From Gemmatimonadaceae bacterium (lineage in GTDB: Bacteria; Gemmatimonadota; Gemmatimonadetes; Gemmatimonadales; Gemmatimonadaceae): 64,000 nucleotides of DNA. Under the pieces are notes generated by a model, which did not search any database, had not been told where the DNA came from, and was given only the letters and a program-made list of their open reading frames with translations. This document shows, in pieces, positions 49,580 through 58,338 of this stretch (position 1 is its first letter; each line of letters starts with the position of its first letter). The stretch spans positions 1 to 64,000 of the forward strand of contig JBGAJQ010000014.1 in NCBI GenBank assembly GCA_044224875.1. The letters run 5' to 3'. The position numbers and the translations under genes were made by a program.

Positions 49580-50652
49580 TCTCCACCCTGACCTTCGTGC
49601 TGATCCTACTGATCGCGGTAGCGTGGACCCTGCTTCCGCTGATTCCCGCCATGCGTGAGTTGGCTCGACCTGTGGATGCGGACCCGCTGACACAGGTGGG
49701 ACACGACGCGGGAGACTTGGCCATATTCGCCCAGGGCTTTCGGCGATATCTGGAAAAGGAACTTCCGCCGGAGCCACCGGCATCCTCGGATTCGACGTTG
49801 TCATCACAGCTACGTGACGGCACGCCGTTGCTGCAGCTGAACGGCGACGGGGGCATGCTGAAGCGGGTGGCGACGCCGGACGGAACCATTGGCCGGCTCG
49901 TGGTCGCCAACGATCGGCTCGTGCTCCCCGGACGCGAGACGTTCCTGTATGAGCTGTTGGTGCGCGAGCGCTTTGTAGGGGGGCCCGACGCGGTGTATCG
50001 CGCGCTGTTGGCGGAGGGTCAAGCAGAACTCGGCCCGCGCTCGCGCGTGTTACGCTGGCTTCATGTGGAGGGTGACGTCGCGTTGCGCGAGGGTGTGGTA
50101 CTCGAGGGACGCGGATCGGCGAACGGCACGATGTGGTTGGGCGCCGGCGTGAGTTTCAGGAGGATCCGGGCCGAGCGTGTGGTGGCAGGGACGGAGAACC
50201 CATCGCCGCCGCCGATGCCGGAACCGGCGATGAACAGCACGCTGCGGTTGCCGCGCACTGCGCGTCAGATGCGGGGCTTCGTGCGGGTGGAGGGCCCACT
50301 CGTCATTCCGTCAGGTGCAACGTTTGCCGGAACGCTCGTCGTGTACGGCGACGTGGAGGTGGGAAAGGAAGCGCGCATCGCGGGCAGCATAAAGGTGCAC
50401 GGGGACTGCGTGGTTGAAGCGCGAGCGACCGTCGACGGCGCGATCGTGGCCAGAGGCGACATTCGGCTGGTGGAGGGCGCCCGAGTGGGCGGCCCCGTGG
50501 TGTCGGAGGGTGACGTAACCGCCGGACCATTCACCTGCATCGGTAGGCCGGAGGCACCGACGAGTGTCGCCGCCGAGTGCATCACGCTCAGCAACGGAGC
50601 GCAGGTGTATGGCGCATTGAGTGCTCGCGACCTGGGCGTGGCCACACTCTAG
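49576..50652 (+). CDS. Membrane-anchored beta-helix (bactofilin-like repeat) protein
   Basis: N-terminal TM; repeated V..G.V.V...A.I.G units (VYGDVEVGKEARIAGSIKVHGDCVV). Confidence 0.75.
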   Translation: MISTLTFVLILLIAVAWTLLPLIPAMRELARPVDADPLTQVGHDAGDLAIFAQGFRRYLEKELPPEPPASSDSTLSSQLRDGTPLLQLNGDGGMLKRVATPDGTIGRLVVANDRLVLPGRETFLYELLVRERFVGGPDAVYRALLAEGQAELGPRSRVLRWLHVEGDVALREGVVLEGRGSANGTMWLGAGVSFRRIRAERVVAGTENPSPPPMPEPAMNSTLRLPRTARQMRGFVRVEGPLVIPSGATFAGTLVVYGDVEVGKEARIAGSIKVHGDCVVEARATVDGAIVARGDIRLVEGARVGGPVVSEGDVTAGPFTCIGRPEAPTSVAAECITLSNGAQVYGALSARDLGVATL

Positions 50653-50837
50653 CGAGTATGTGACCGAAAGCGAGCACAAGCGTGCCGACTCACATTTGTT
50701 GTGGCGATGATCCCACAGGGATCGACGCCGATCCGGAATCTGGAATCCGTGTGCGAATCGAGTACACGTGCAGTTCCGCAAGACGTTGATTCGCAGCGAG
50801 ATAGGACGGTCGCGCATCGGGCGGCACGAAGGGGGAG

Positions 50838-50853
50838 GGGCACGCCACTTGCT
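50838..50853 (+). promoter_or_regulatory. Putative sigma54 promoter of PEP-CTERM gene
   Basis: GGGCACGCCACTTGCT (GGCAC-N5-TTGC). Confidence 0.7.
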
Positions 50854-50944
50854 TCCATAGACGGATCGGTGACGCGAGTCACCAACAGAGCAGCGGCCAC
50901 TCGCTGGCCGCTCCCTTGTCATCGGGCCTCTTCCGGGCGGAAGC

Positions 50945-51802
50945 GTGCAGATACGAAATCGATTGCGAGCCCTGGTTCTTTCTGGTGTCGCGCTGTGCTT
51001 GCCGTTAGGCGTTGGGGCGCAACGCATCGTCACGCCGAGCAGCGGCTTGTGGTCCACCGACACGCGGGGATCGAACGGCGCCGTGTGGATCTCCGGTGCG
51101 AACCCGCGCAGCGGCAACGGATCGCTGGAGTTGCAGACGACGGGAAACCTGAACGACTGGGCGTACTTCAACCTCTTTTCTGGCGATCCGAAGACAACCG
51201 CGGGATGGGGCCAGCTTTCCGACATTTCCCATGTGCAGTTCGATTGGTGGCGTTCGAGCGACATGCCAACGACCGACCCAGTGTGGGAGGCCCAGAGCCC
51301 GGTGCTTCGGCTGTACGTGCGAAGTGGTGATCCGGCGAACCCTGTGTTCAGCGAGATCGTTTGGGAACGATGGTACAACGTCACCTCACCGACGCCACGC
51401 GATCAATGGGTGACGGAGGACATCACGAACCAGTACTTCTGGCGGTACGTGAGCGGCGCCGGGTACACGATCGACGACTGTTCGAACCCACCAACGATCA
51501 CGCCAGGTATTCCGCTCAAGACGGAAACACCAGCCGACTGGGGCAACGGATCGAACTGCTATCTTCCACTCGATGCGGTGGTGTACGGCATTGGCGTGGG
51601 CGTCGGAAGCAGCTGGCCGTACCCGTATCACGCGTTCATCGACAACGTGCAGCTGTCCTTTGGCGGTCGCGAAGTGGTGAACGACAATTTTGAGCTGGAT
51701 CCCACCGTAGCCCCGGAACCCGGGACGCTGGTGCTCCTGGCCACTGGGCTGGCGGGGGTGGGTGGCGGCGCGATGCGCCGCCGGCGGAAGCGCAAAGCCT
51801 AA
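50945..51802 (+). CDS. PEP-CTERM sorting-domain surface protein
   Basis: Signal peptide; C-terminal APEPGTLVLLATGLAGVGGGAMRRRRKRKA. Confidence 0.93.
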   Translation: MQIRNRLRALVLSGVALCLPLGVGAQRIVTPSSGLWSTDTRGSNGAVWISGANPRSGNGSLELQTTGNLNDWAYFNLFSGDPKTTAGWGQLSDISHVQFDWWRSSDMPTTDPVWEAQSPVLRLYVRSGDPANPVFSEIVWERWYNVTSPTPRDQWVTEDITNQYFWRYVSGAGYTIDDCSNPPTITPGIPLKTETPADWGNGSNCYLPLDAVVYGIGVGVGSSWPYPYHAFIDNVQLSFGGREVVNDNFELDPTVAPEPGTLVLLATGLAGVGGGAMRRRRKRKA

Positions 51803-51820
51803 CGAGATTGCTTCACGGGA

Positions 51821-51863
51821 GGGCGCACAGGGTCGGGCACTGCTCGGCCCTGTGTGTCTTTTT
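51821..51863 (+). terminator. Intrinsic terminator after PEP-CTERM gene
   Basis: GCACAGGGTCGGGC-ACT-GCTCGGCCCTGTGT + TCTTTTT. Confidence 0.75.
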
Positions 51864-51878
51864 GCACCCGTCGTTAGG

Positions 51879-51922
51879 AAAAAAAAGGCGGCGCCAGGAT
51901 CCCCGGAGATCGTGGCGCCACC
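51879..51922 (-). terminator. Intrinsic terminator on minus strand
   Basis: GGTGGCGCCA...TGGCGCCGCC + T8. Confidence 0.8.
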
Positions 51923-52075
51923 AATGGTACTACGGCGTATGACTTCCCGCCTGTGCAAAAGGTAAGAACATCCGCGCGATTGCGCGAGTCCTGCGCTCAA
52001 GTTCCAGTCATCGCGCTCGTCCGATCGATTTGTTCAGTCGGGGTCTTTGCCGCGAGGAAAGTGCGCGCCGAATGA

Positions 52076-53071
52076 TCATCGCGCCGCGAAAACCTCCGCC
52101 GCAATTTGATCGATGATCTTCCACGGCGCGGCGTCTGTGCGGTTCGTGAGCACCACCATCGCGACCTTGTCATCGGGATAGATGGCGATCGCGTTGGTGA
52201 ATCCAATGGTCTCGCCGTGATGTCTCAGCCGTCGACGACCATTCTGCACATCAACGAACCAACCGCAACCCACACCGGAAGGTGTACCGTCGGCGACGGT
52301 CGCGTTCGTGCTGGCGAGTATCCACTCCTTCGCGGTGAGCACCTTGTGGTGCTGGAGGGCTTGGATCCAGCGATGCAGGTCGGCGATGGAAGAGTAGATG
52401 CCTCCATCGCCGAGGACTCCGCTCGTGGGGCTTTGATCGGTACGAACGACGCCGTCGCGAGTCACCGTGTACCCATACGCGCGCTGCACGATCGCTGTAA
52501 TGCCGGGCTGGTGCGCGACGGTGGCCTGAAGATCCGCCGGGCGAAATACTGACTGATCGAGGAACGTGGCGTACGTTTGGCCCGAGTAGCGAGCGACGAT
52601 CAACGCCAGAAGAGCATAGGCCGTGTTGCTGTAACGGAAGGCGACCCCGGGTGGGAAATACAGAGCATTCGCCTTGGTACGAATGAGCTCCAACACATCG
52701 GCGTCAGTGACTTGATAAGGGAGGTCGTCCGGAACGAAGTCCTCGTAGTCGGGAAGCCCCGCAGTGTGGGTGAGGAGATGGCGGATGCGGATCTCGCCGC
52801 TGTATGGCGGAGACAATGGCAGTGCTTCCGCGAGCGTTGTGTCCAGTGTGAGCATGCCGCGACGCATCAGCACAAGCACCGCGGCGGCGGTGAAAGCCTT
52901 TGAGAGCGACGCGAGCCGAAAGTTCGTTTCCGGGGTGATGGGTGTGCCCGCCTCGCAGTCGGCCGCACCGAAGGTGCCGCGCACCAACACCTCATCTGCG
53001 CGCGTAACGAGGACCGCCGCCCCCGGACGCGCGGGATCCTGGAATGCGGCGAAGAGTCGGTCGACGTTCAT
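52076..53071 (-). CDS. Serine hydrolase, beta-lactamase class C-like
   Basis: ASLSK, LLTHTAG, YSN, HHG. Confidence 0.9.
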   Translation of the reverse strand: MNVDRLFAAFQDPARPGAAVLVTRADEVLVRGTFGAADCEAGTPITPETNFRLASLSKAFTAAAVLVLMRRGMLTLDTTLAEALPLSPPYSGEIRIRHLLTHTAGLPDYEDFVPDDLPYQVTDADVLELIRTKANALYFPPGVAFRYSNTAYALLALIVARYSGQTYATFLDQSVFRPADLQATVAHQPGITAIVQRAYGYTVTRDGVVRTDQSPTSGVLGDGGIYSSIADLHRWIQALQHHKVLTAKEWILASTNATVADGTPSGVGCGWFVDVQNGRRRLRHHGETIGFTNAIAIYPDDKVAMVVLTNRTDAAPWKIIDQIAAEVFAAR

Positions 53072-53145
53072 GCAGAGTCCACGATTGCCGGGGCGCGGGT
53101 GAGCGGAGTGCGCTCACACACGAGTGATGTGGACGGTGGCCGCGG

Positions 53146-54432
53146 TTACATCTTGGGCTTCACACGATCGAGCTCGTCGATCGTCTTGTTGGATGGGCCA
53201 CGCTGTTTCTGTAACCGTGCGGCGACAGCCTCTGCCTGCGCGAGCGCACGCAGAGCGTTTTCGCCAGCGACCTTTCGCAAGTCTGCCTCGCTCCACCCGC
53301 GGCGCGAGAGCTCGGCGAGGAGTACTGGAAAGGTCGAGACATCGTGGAGGCCGACGGGGAGATCGTTGCCGGTGCCATCAAAGTCGGAACCGAAGCCCAC
53401 GTGATCGACGCCGGCAATCTTCCTGATGTGTTCGATGTGATCTGCCACGTCCTTCACCGTGGCCTTTGGCGCGGGATGCTGCGCGTTCCACTCATTCAAC
53501 GACCGGCGGGCCGCGCCGGTGTCATTGGGGAAGCGACGCTTGGCGTCTGCGGTTGCGGCGTCCAACTGACGAGCGTGCGATGCCACGGCCTGCGAAACGA
53601 ACCCGGGGACGAATGCGACCATGACAACACCGCCATTCTTGGGCAGGCGAGCCAGGATGGAGTCGGGCACGTTCCGGGGGACATCGGTGAGGGCGCGCGC
53701 CGACGAATGCGAGAAGATGACAGGGGCCGCGGCGACATTCAGCGCGTCGCTCATGACAGCTGGCGAGACGTGCGAGAGGTCGACCAGCATGCCGAGCCGA
53801 TTCATTTCGCGCACCACTTCCTTTCCGAACGGGGTGAGGCCGCGATGCTTGGCGGTGTCCAAGGCTGCGTCGGCCCAGTCCAGTGTGACGTTATGGGTGA
53901 GCGTCATGTAGCGCACGCCGAGTGCGAAATACGCGCGGAGGGCGCCTAACGAGTTTTCAATGGCGTGGCCTCCCTCCATGCCCAGGAGCGACCCGATCTT
54001 CCCCTGCGTCTTGGCACGCCGCACGTCGGCGGCAGTAAGCGCTGGGGCAAAGACGTCTGGGTACTTGGCGAAAATGCGTTTGGCGATGTCAATCTGCTCC
54101 AGCTGAACACGGGCGAATCCCGAGTCCTTGATCTCGCCGGGGATGTAGACGGACCAAAACTGTCCGCCCACCATGCCCTTGCGCAGGCGCGCGATGTCCG
54201 TGTTTCCGGGCGTCGGCTTCCGAAGGTCGTACGCGTCAACGTCCCGTGGCGCCTGCTTGACATCGCTCCTGATGTACCACGGCAGGTCGTTGTGGCCGTC
54301 AACCAATGGCGTCGTGCGCAGGACGCGCAGGGCCTTCTCCATATCTGGATCTGCCGTCTGCGCACCGATAGCGGACGTGGTGAAAAGGAGCATGGAAGCG
54401 CGAATCAATCGCGCGACGTTCAGGGACGACAT
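53146..54432 (-). CDS. Exported dipeptidase, peptidase M19 family
   Basis: DGHND, GMEGGH, VDLSH, SHS, RN, GSDFDG. Confidence 0.95.
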   Translation of the reverse strand: MSSLNVARLIRASMLLFTTSAIGAQTADPDMEKALRVLRTTPLVDGHNDLPWYIRSDVKQAPRDVDAYDLRKPTPGNTDIARLRKGMVGGQFWSVYIPGEIKDSGFARVQLEQIDIAKRIFAKYPDVFAPALTAADVRRAKTQGKIGSLLGMEGGHAIENSLGALRAYFALGVRYMTLTHNVTLDWADAALDTAKHRGLTPFGKEVVREMNRLGMLVDLSHVSPAVMSDALNVAAAPVIFSHSSARALTDVPRNVPDSILARLPKNGGVVMVAFVPGFVSQAVASHARQLDAATADAKRRFPNDTGAARRSLNEWNAQHPAPKATVKDVADHIEHIRKIAGVDHVGFGSDFDGTGNDLPVGLHDVSTFPVLLAELSRRGWSEADLRKVAGENALRALAQAEAVAARLQKQRGPSNKTIDELDRVKPKM

Positions 54433-54459
54433 GGATCGTGTCCGTCGAAGGATGGCGGA

Positions 54460-54951
54460 TTAGCGTGACGCGGCGAGTCGAATCGCAACCGGGAACGCGT
54501 CCACGGAGTAGTTCGTCGCTTGCAGCGTGGCGGACACCAGGTAACGGCCGGCGGGGAGTTTGGTCGCTGGGTCCGGTGGCAGGAGGTTTTGTCCCCCGGT
54601 CCACTGGTAGAGGCGGACGACGCTATCGCCAGCCGCAATACTCAGCTGTGAAGTCACCGGGGCGCAACTATAGGTCCCGCCGGCTGGCAGTACGATCGTG
54701 TTGGCCGAATTCCGGATATACACACGGTCTTGACACTGGGTGGCGAAGGGGAGGCGGATCGCGATCGTCAGCGTGTTCTTAATGATGACGCGTATGGTGT
54801 CGATTTTTCCGAAGACGAGCACCGAGTCGCTGACGCGAACACGAAGTTCGACGGGTGGGGCCTCAATGGCCGGAACTTCGGGAGACTGACTGCACGCACC
54901 AAGGCACGCCGCCACGGCAAGGCCCGCGACCCACAACGCACGCTTTCGCAT
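54460..54951 (-). CDS. Hypothetical lipoprotein with Ig-like beta domain
   Basis: Lipobox LGAC; LPAGRYLV..L C-terminus. Confidence 0.7.
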   Translation of the reverse strand: MRKRALWVAGLAVAACLGACSQSPEVPAIEAPPVELRVRVSDSVLVFGKIDTIRVIIKNTLTIAIRLPFATQCQDRVYIRNSANTIVLPAGGTYSCAPVTSQLSIAAGDSVVRLYQWTGGQNLLPPDPATKLPAGRYLVSATLQATNYSVDAFPVAIRLAASR

Positions 54952-55033
54952 GCTCCATAGTACCGCCGCGCGACGGCGGTGGACAACGGGAGGCGCAACG
55001 AACCTGCGCGTCACACCGGGCTACTGCTGTTCG

Positions 55034-56069
55034 CTAGGTCTTTGCGTCGTTGAGGCCATACCGCATGATGGCGGCGTGGCGACCGCCTTTCACGCGTTCC
55101 AGTTCATACACATCACCGGTTGGCCCTGCGGCGCGTGCCAGCAGGGAGGTCAGAAGTTGGTGATGTTCGGGTTCGAGCCGTAAGTCGAGGGCGCCCTTGG
55201 TTGCAGCCAGATGGATGAGGTTGCGGGCGCCGACGATGACGCTGCTCACGTTGGGTTGGTCGAGCACCCACCGAATGGCGATTGACCCGATTGAAGCCTG
55301 CACGGACCGCGCGATGTCGTCCAGGGAGCGCAGGAGTTGTTGAAAGAGCCCCCAACCACCGAATTCCTCGATGATCAGCCGGTACTTGGTGAGGGATCGA
55401 TTTTCCAGCGGCGCCGTGGGATCAGGTGCGCCAAGCCAACGTTCTGACAAGAAGCCACCTGCCAGCCCGCCGTAGCAGAGCATGGTGAACCCGAGGGTGG
55501 AGGCGAGGGCAGTCATTGCAGCTGCCGGCCGTCGGTCGAGCAGTGAGTACTGCACCTGGTGTGTGGCCACAGGAATTCCAGCTGCAACCAAGTCCGCCAC
55601 GTGTGTACTGTCGAAGTTGGTCAGCCCAATGAAGAACTCCCTGCTCGCGAAGTCGTAGCAGCGCACCGGCCGCTTGCACCGCGCCTTCGATGTCGTAATC
55701 CCACCAGTGCAGCTGCACCAGGTCGATCGTCTCCACGCCGAGGCGTTGCCGAGAGCGGTGCACGATGCGATGGACGTCAGCGGGGGTGAGTCCCAAGAGT
55801 GCCTTGAGGTCTGGGACACACTTGGTGTGAATCCGGATGGGAATGGACGGGTAGGTCGTGCGCCACTGACGGAGGAAGTCGCCGATCAACTCTTCCACAC
55901 CCGTATAGATGTCGGCACAGTCGAACGCAGTGACGCCCGCCTCGGCGAAGGCAAACATGTCGCGAATCGCGGCAGCGCGGTCAACGGGACCGTGACCTCC
56001 CGCGAGTTGCCAGCCGCCCTTGATGAGGCGAGGGAGCGATGCGCCCGACGCCAGCGTGACGGTGTCCAT
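55034..56069 (-). pseudogene. Aldo/keto reductase, frameshifted near 55631 (real lesion or assembly error)
   Basis: GGWQL, DCADIY, HTK, DLVQLHWW in first frame; IGLTNFD, QYSLLDRR, IVGAR in second frame. Confidence 0.88.
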
Positions 56070-56405
56070 CTAGCGTTGGACGACGGTCACTTCGCTGTGC
56101 CTGAACACGCGTGTGCCGATCCGAGTGATGCGAAAGCGACCGCCGCAGTTGGGGTCGGGGCAGGCGACCTCGGTGTCGGTGGTCATCCAGTCATTCTGAT
56201 CCGTCTGACGTTGCTTGGCGGGAAGGAGGGGGAGGAGCGCGGCCAGGGGATAGAGGGGAAACGTCTGGCCGGGAGGAAACGTGAGGTTCTCTCCCGAGAG
56301 CTCAAACCAATCGCCTGGACGATGATTGCAGACCATCGGGCGATCGGTCGCGACGACTTCGATCCGAAGATCATAGAGCGAAAAGGAATCGTCGGTGGCT
56401 GTCAT
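56070..56405 (-). CDS. TIGR04076-like small Cys-containing protein
   Basis: LYDLRIEV..MVCNH..GD.F, LPAKQR, ACPDPNC; GGAG upstream. Confidence 0.75.
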   Translation of the reverse strand: MTATDDSFSLYDLRIEVVATDRPMVCNHRPGDWFELSGENLTFPPGQTFPLYPLAALLPLLPAKQRQTDQNDWMTTDTEVACPDPNCGGRFRITRIGTRVFRHSEVTVVQR

Positions 56406-56446
56406 GCGGTCTCCTTTCCGGAAGGTCGGAAGGGTATGATAACGCC

Positions 56447-57838
56447 GTGAGCAACCGACTCGACTTTCGCGGTGGTGTTGTTGGCGCGTTGGCGCCGTTC
56501 GCGCTGTTCTTGTGGGGTGTGGGGTGGCTGGCGCTCACCGGAGCGCCTGACGAGCGGGGGTTCTGGCCGGTGTTGCTGGCGTCGCTCACCCTCGGCTTGG
56601 TGCTGGCGCGCGATCGCACGCGATTCTGCGAGGTGGTGTTGGAAGGAATGAGCCAGCCGATCGTGATGGTGATGATCTTGGCCTGGCTACTGGCTGGCGT
56701 GCTCGGCGCGGTATTGGCGGCGTCGGGATTCGTGGAGTCCTTGGTGTGGCTGGCTCGGGAGTCCGGGCTCCGAGGGGCGGGCTACGTGGTGGCGGCGTTC
56801 CTGGCGTGCGCGGTGGTTTCAACCGCTACGGGGACGAGTTTCGGCACCATGCTGCTGGCGGGACCGCTGCTGTATCCGGCCGGTGCCGGCGTGGGCGCCG
56901 ATCCAGCCATTCTCATAGGGGCCATACTTGGCGGCGCGACGTTCGGAGACAGTGTGTCGCCGGTCTCCGATACCACCATTGCATCGGCGGGGACGCAGGC
57001 GGCGGATATCGGAGGCGTGGTCCGGAGTCGGGCAAAGTACGCGGTGCCGGCCGGGCTGCTGGCGATCGCCGGCCTGGCGGCGATGAGCCTAACGAGTGGC
57101 ACGGGCGCAACGGGCGTGGCGGCGACCCTGCCGGGCGTTTCACCGCGTGGGATTCCCATGCTGCTGATTCCGTTGGTCGTGATCGGGTTGCTGCTGGCTC
57201 GCCGTCACCTGCTCGAAGGGCTTCTGTTCGGAATTCTCGCGGCGATCGCCCTGGCCTTGGCCGCGGGGCTCACGTCTGCGGACAAGCTCATGTACATCGA
57301 TCGTGCGTCATTCGGAGCGAGAGGGATCGTGCTGGATGGAATGAATCGAGGCATTGGCGCTTCGATCTTCACCATCTTGCTGGTCGGACTTGTCGCCTCG
57401 CTTCAGGCCACGGGAATTCTCGAGCGTGTTGTCCTGTGGGCGACTCGCACGGGCACCTCGGCGCGTGGCACGGAGATCTGGATTGTCTCTGCCGTGACGG
57501 CGGCGGTGCTCCTGACCACACATAGCATTGTTGCCATCCTGGCCGTTGGTCAGATGACGAAGTCGAGTGGTGAGCGCATCGGGCTGAGTGCGTACCGTCG
57601 TGCGAATCTTCTCGACCTGACGGTCTGCATCTGGCCGTTCCTGCTGCCTTACTGCATTCCGACGATCCTCGCGTCCAGTGCGAGCGCCAGTGGAACCGCG
57701 TTCGGCATGCCGCGGATTTCGCCCTTTCAAGCCGGCATGCACAACACGTATTCGTGGGCGCTGATCGTTGTGGTCGTTGTGGCGGTGACGACCGGCTATG
57801 GTCGCGGCGAGGCGGCGAAGGGCCAGATTACGCGCTAG
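56447..57838 (+). CDS. NhaC-family / ion-transporter superfamily permease
   Basis: ATGTSFGT, GATFGDSVSPVSDTTI; many TM helices. Confidence 0.88.
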   Translation: MSNRLDFRGGVVGALAPFALFLWGVGWLALTGAPDERGFWPVLLASLTLGLVLARDRTRFCEVVLEGMSQPIVMVMILAWLLAGVLGAVLAASGFVESLVWLARESGLRGAGYVVAAFLACAVVSTATGTSFGTMLLAGPLLYPAGAGVGADPAILIGAILGGATFGDSVSPVSDTTIASAGTQAADIGGVVRSRAKYAVPAGLLAIAGLAAMSLTSGTGATGVAATLPGVSPRGIPMLLIPLVVIGLLLARRHLLEGLLFGILAAIALALAAGLTSADKLMYIDRASFGARGIVLDGMNRGIGASIFTILLVGLVASLQATGILERVVLWATRTGTSARGTEIWIVSAVTAAVLLTTHSIVAILAVGQMTKSSGERIGLSAYRRANLLDLTVCIWPFLLPYCIPTILASSASASGTAFGMPRISPFQAGMHNTYSWALIVVVVVAVTTGYGRGEAAKGQITR

Positions 57839-58295
57839 GTGCAGGGGGCTCGGGCACGCTCTCGAGTGCAGTCGCGTATCGTGGGTCGAGCGGGGTGAGC
57901 TCGACCCGAGTCCGCAACACGTGCAGGTCAGCGAGGGCTTCCGCACTGAGTTCGACGTTCCGAATGCGTGCCTCGAGGAGCAGCTCAAGGGCGCGACGTT
58001 CGATCTCTCGGGCAGCGACGGGATGTCCCGTCAAGTGCAACAACTCGGCGTCCTGCCTCAGCAGGAGCGCCCACGACACGACCATCCGAGGGTCGCTCAA
58101 CAATCCGGCGGCGGTGCGGGTATCCATCAGCGGTGCGACCTGTGCCGATGGCCCCAAAAGTTCACCAATGGCAGCGTGCAGCTCCTGGCGCGCGCCAATG
58201 AGGTCCCCGGTATTCTTGCGACGCAGCATGCGCGCGATCGCCGCGGCGACCTGCTGCATCATGCGAAGGAGATAGTCCTGTTGTGACGAGGGCAT
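57828..58295 (-). CDS. Hypothetical helical protein
   Basis: QDYLLRMMQQVAAAIARML N-terminus; GGAG upstream; follows hrpB. Confidence 0.7.
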   Translation of the reverse strand: MPSSQQDYLLRMMQQVAAAIARMLRRKNTGDLIGARQELHAAIGELLGPSAQVAPLMDTRTAAGLLSDPRMVVSWALLLRQDAELLHLTGHPVAAREIERRALELLLEARIRNVELSAEALADLHVLRTRVELTPLDPRYATALESVPEPPAPSA

Positions 58296-58338
58296 GTGCA
58301 CTCCTGCCTGTCGAGGGTCTCAGTCAGCTCACTGAATG

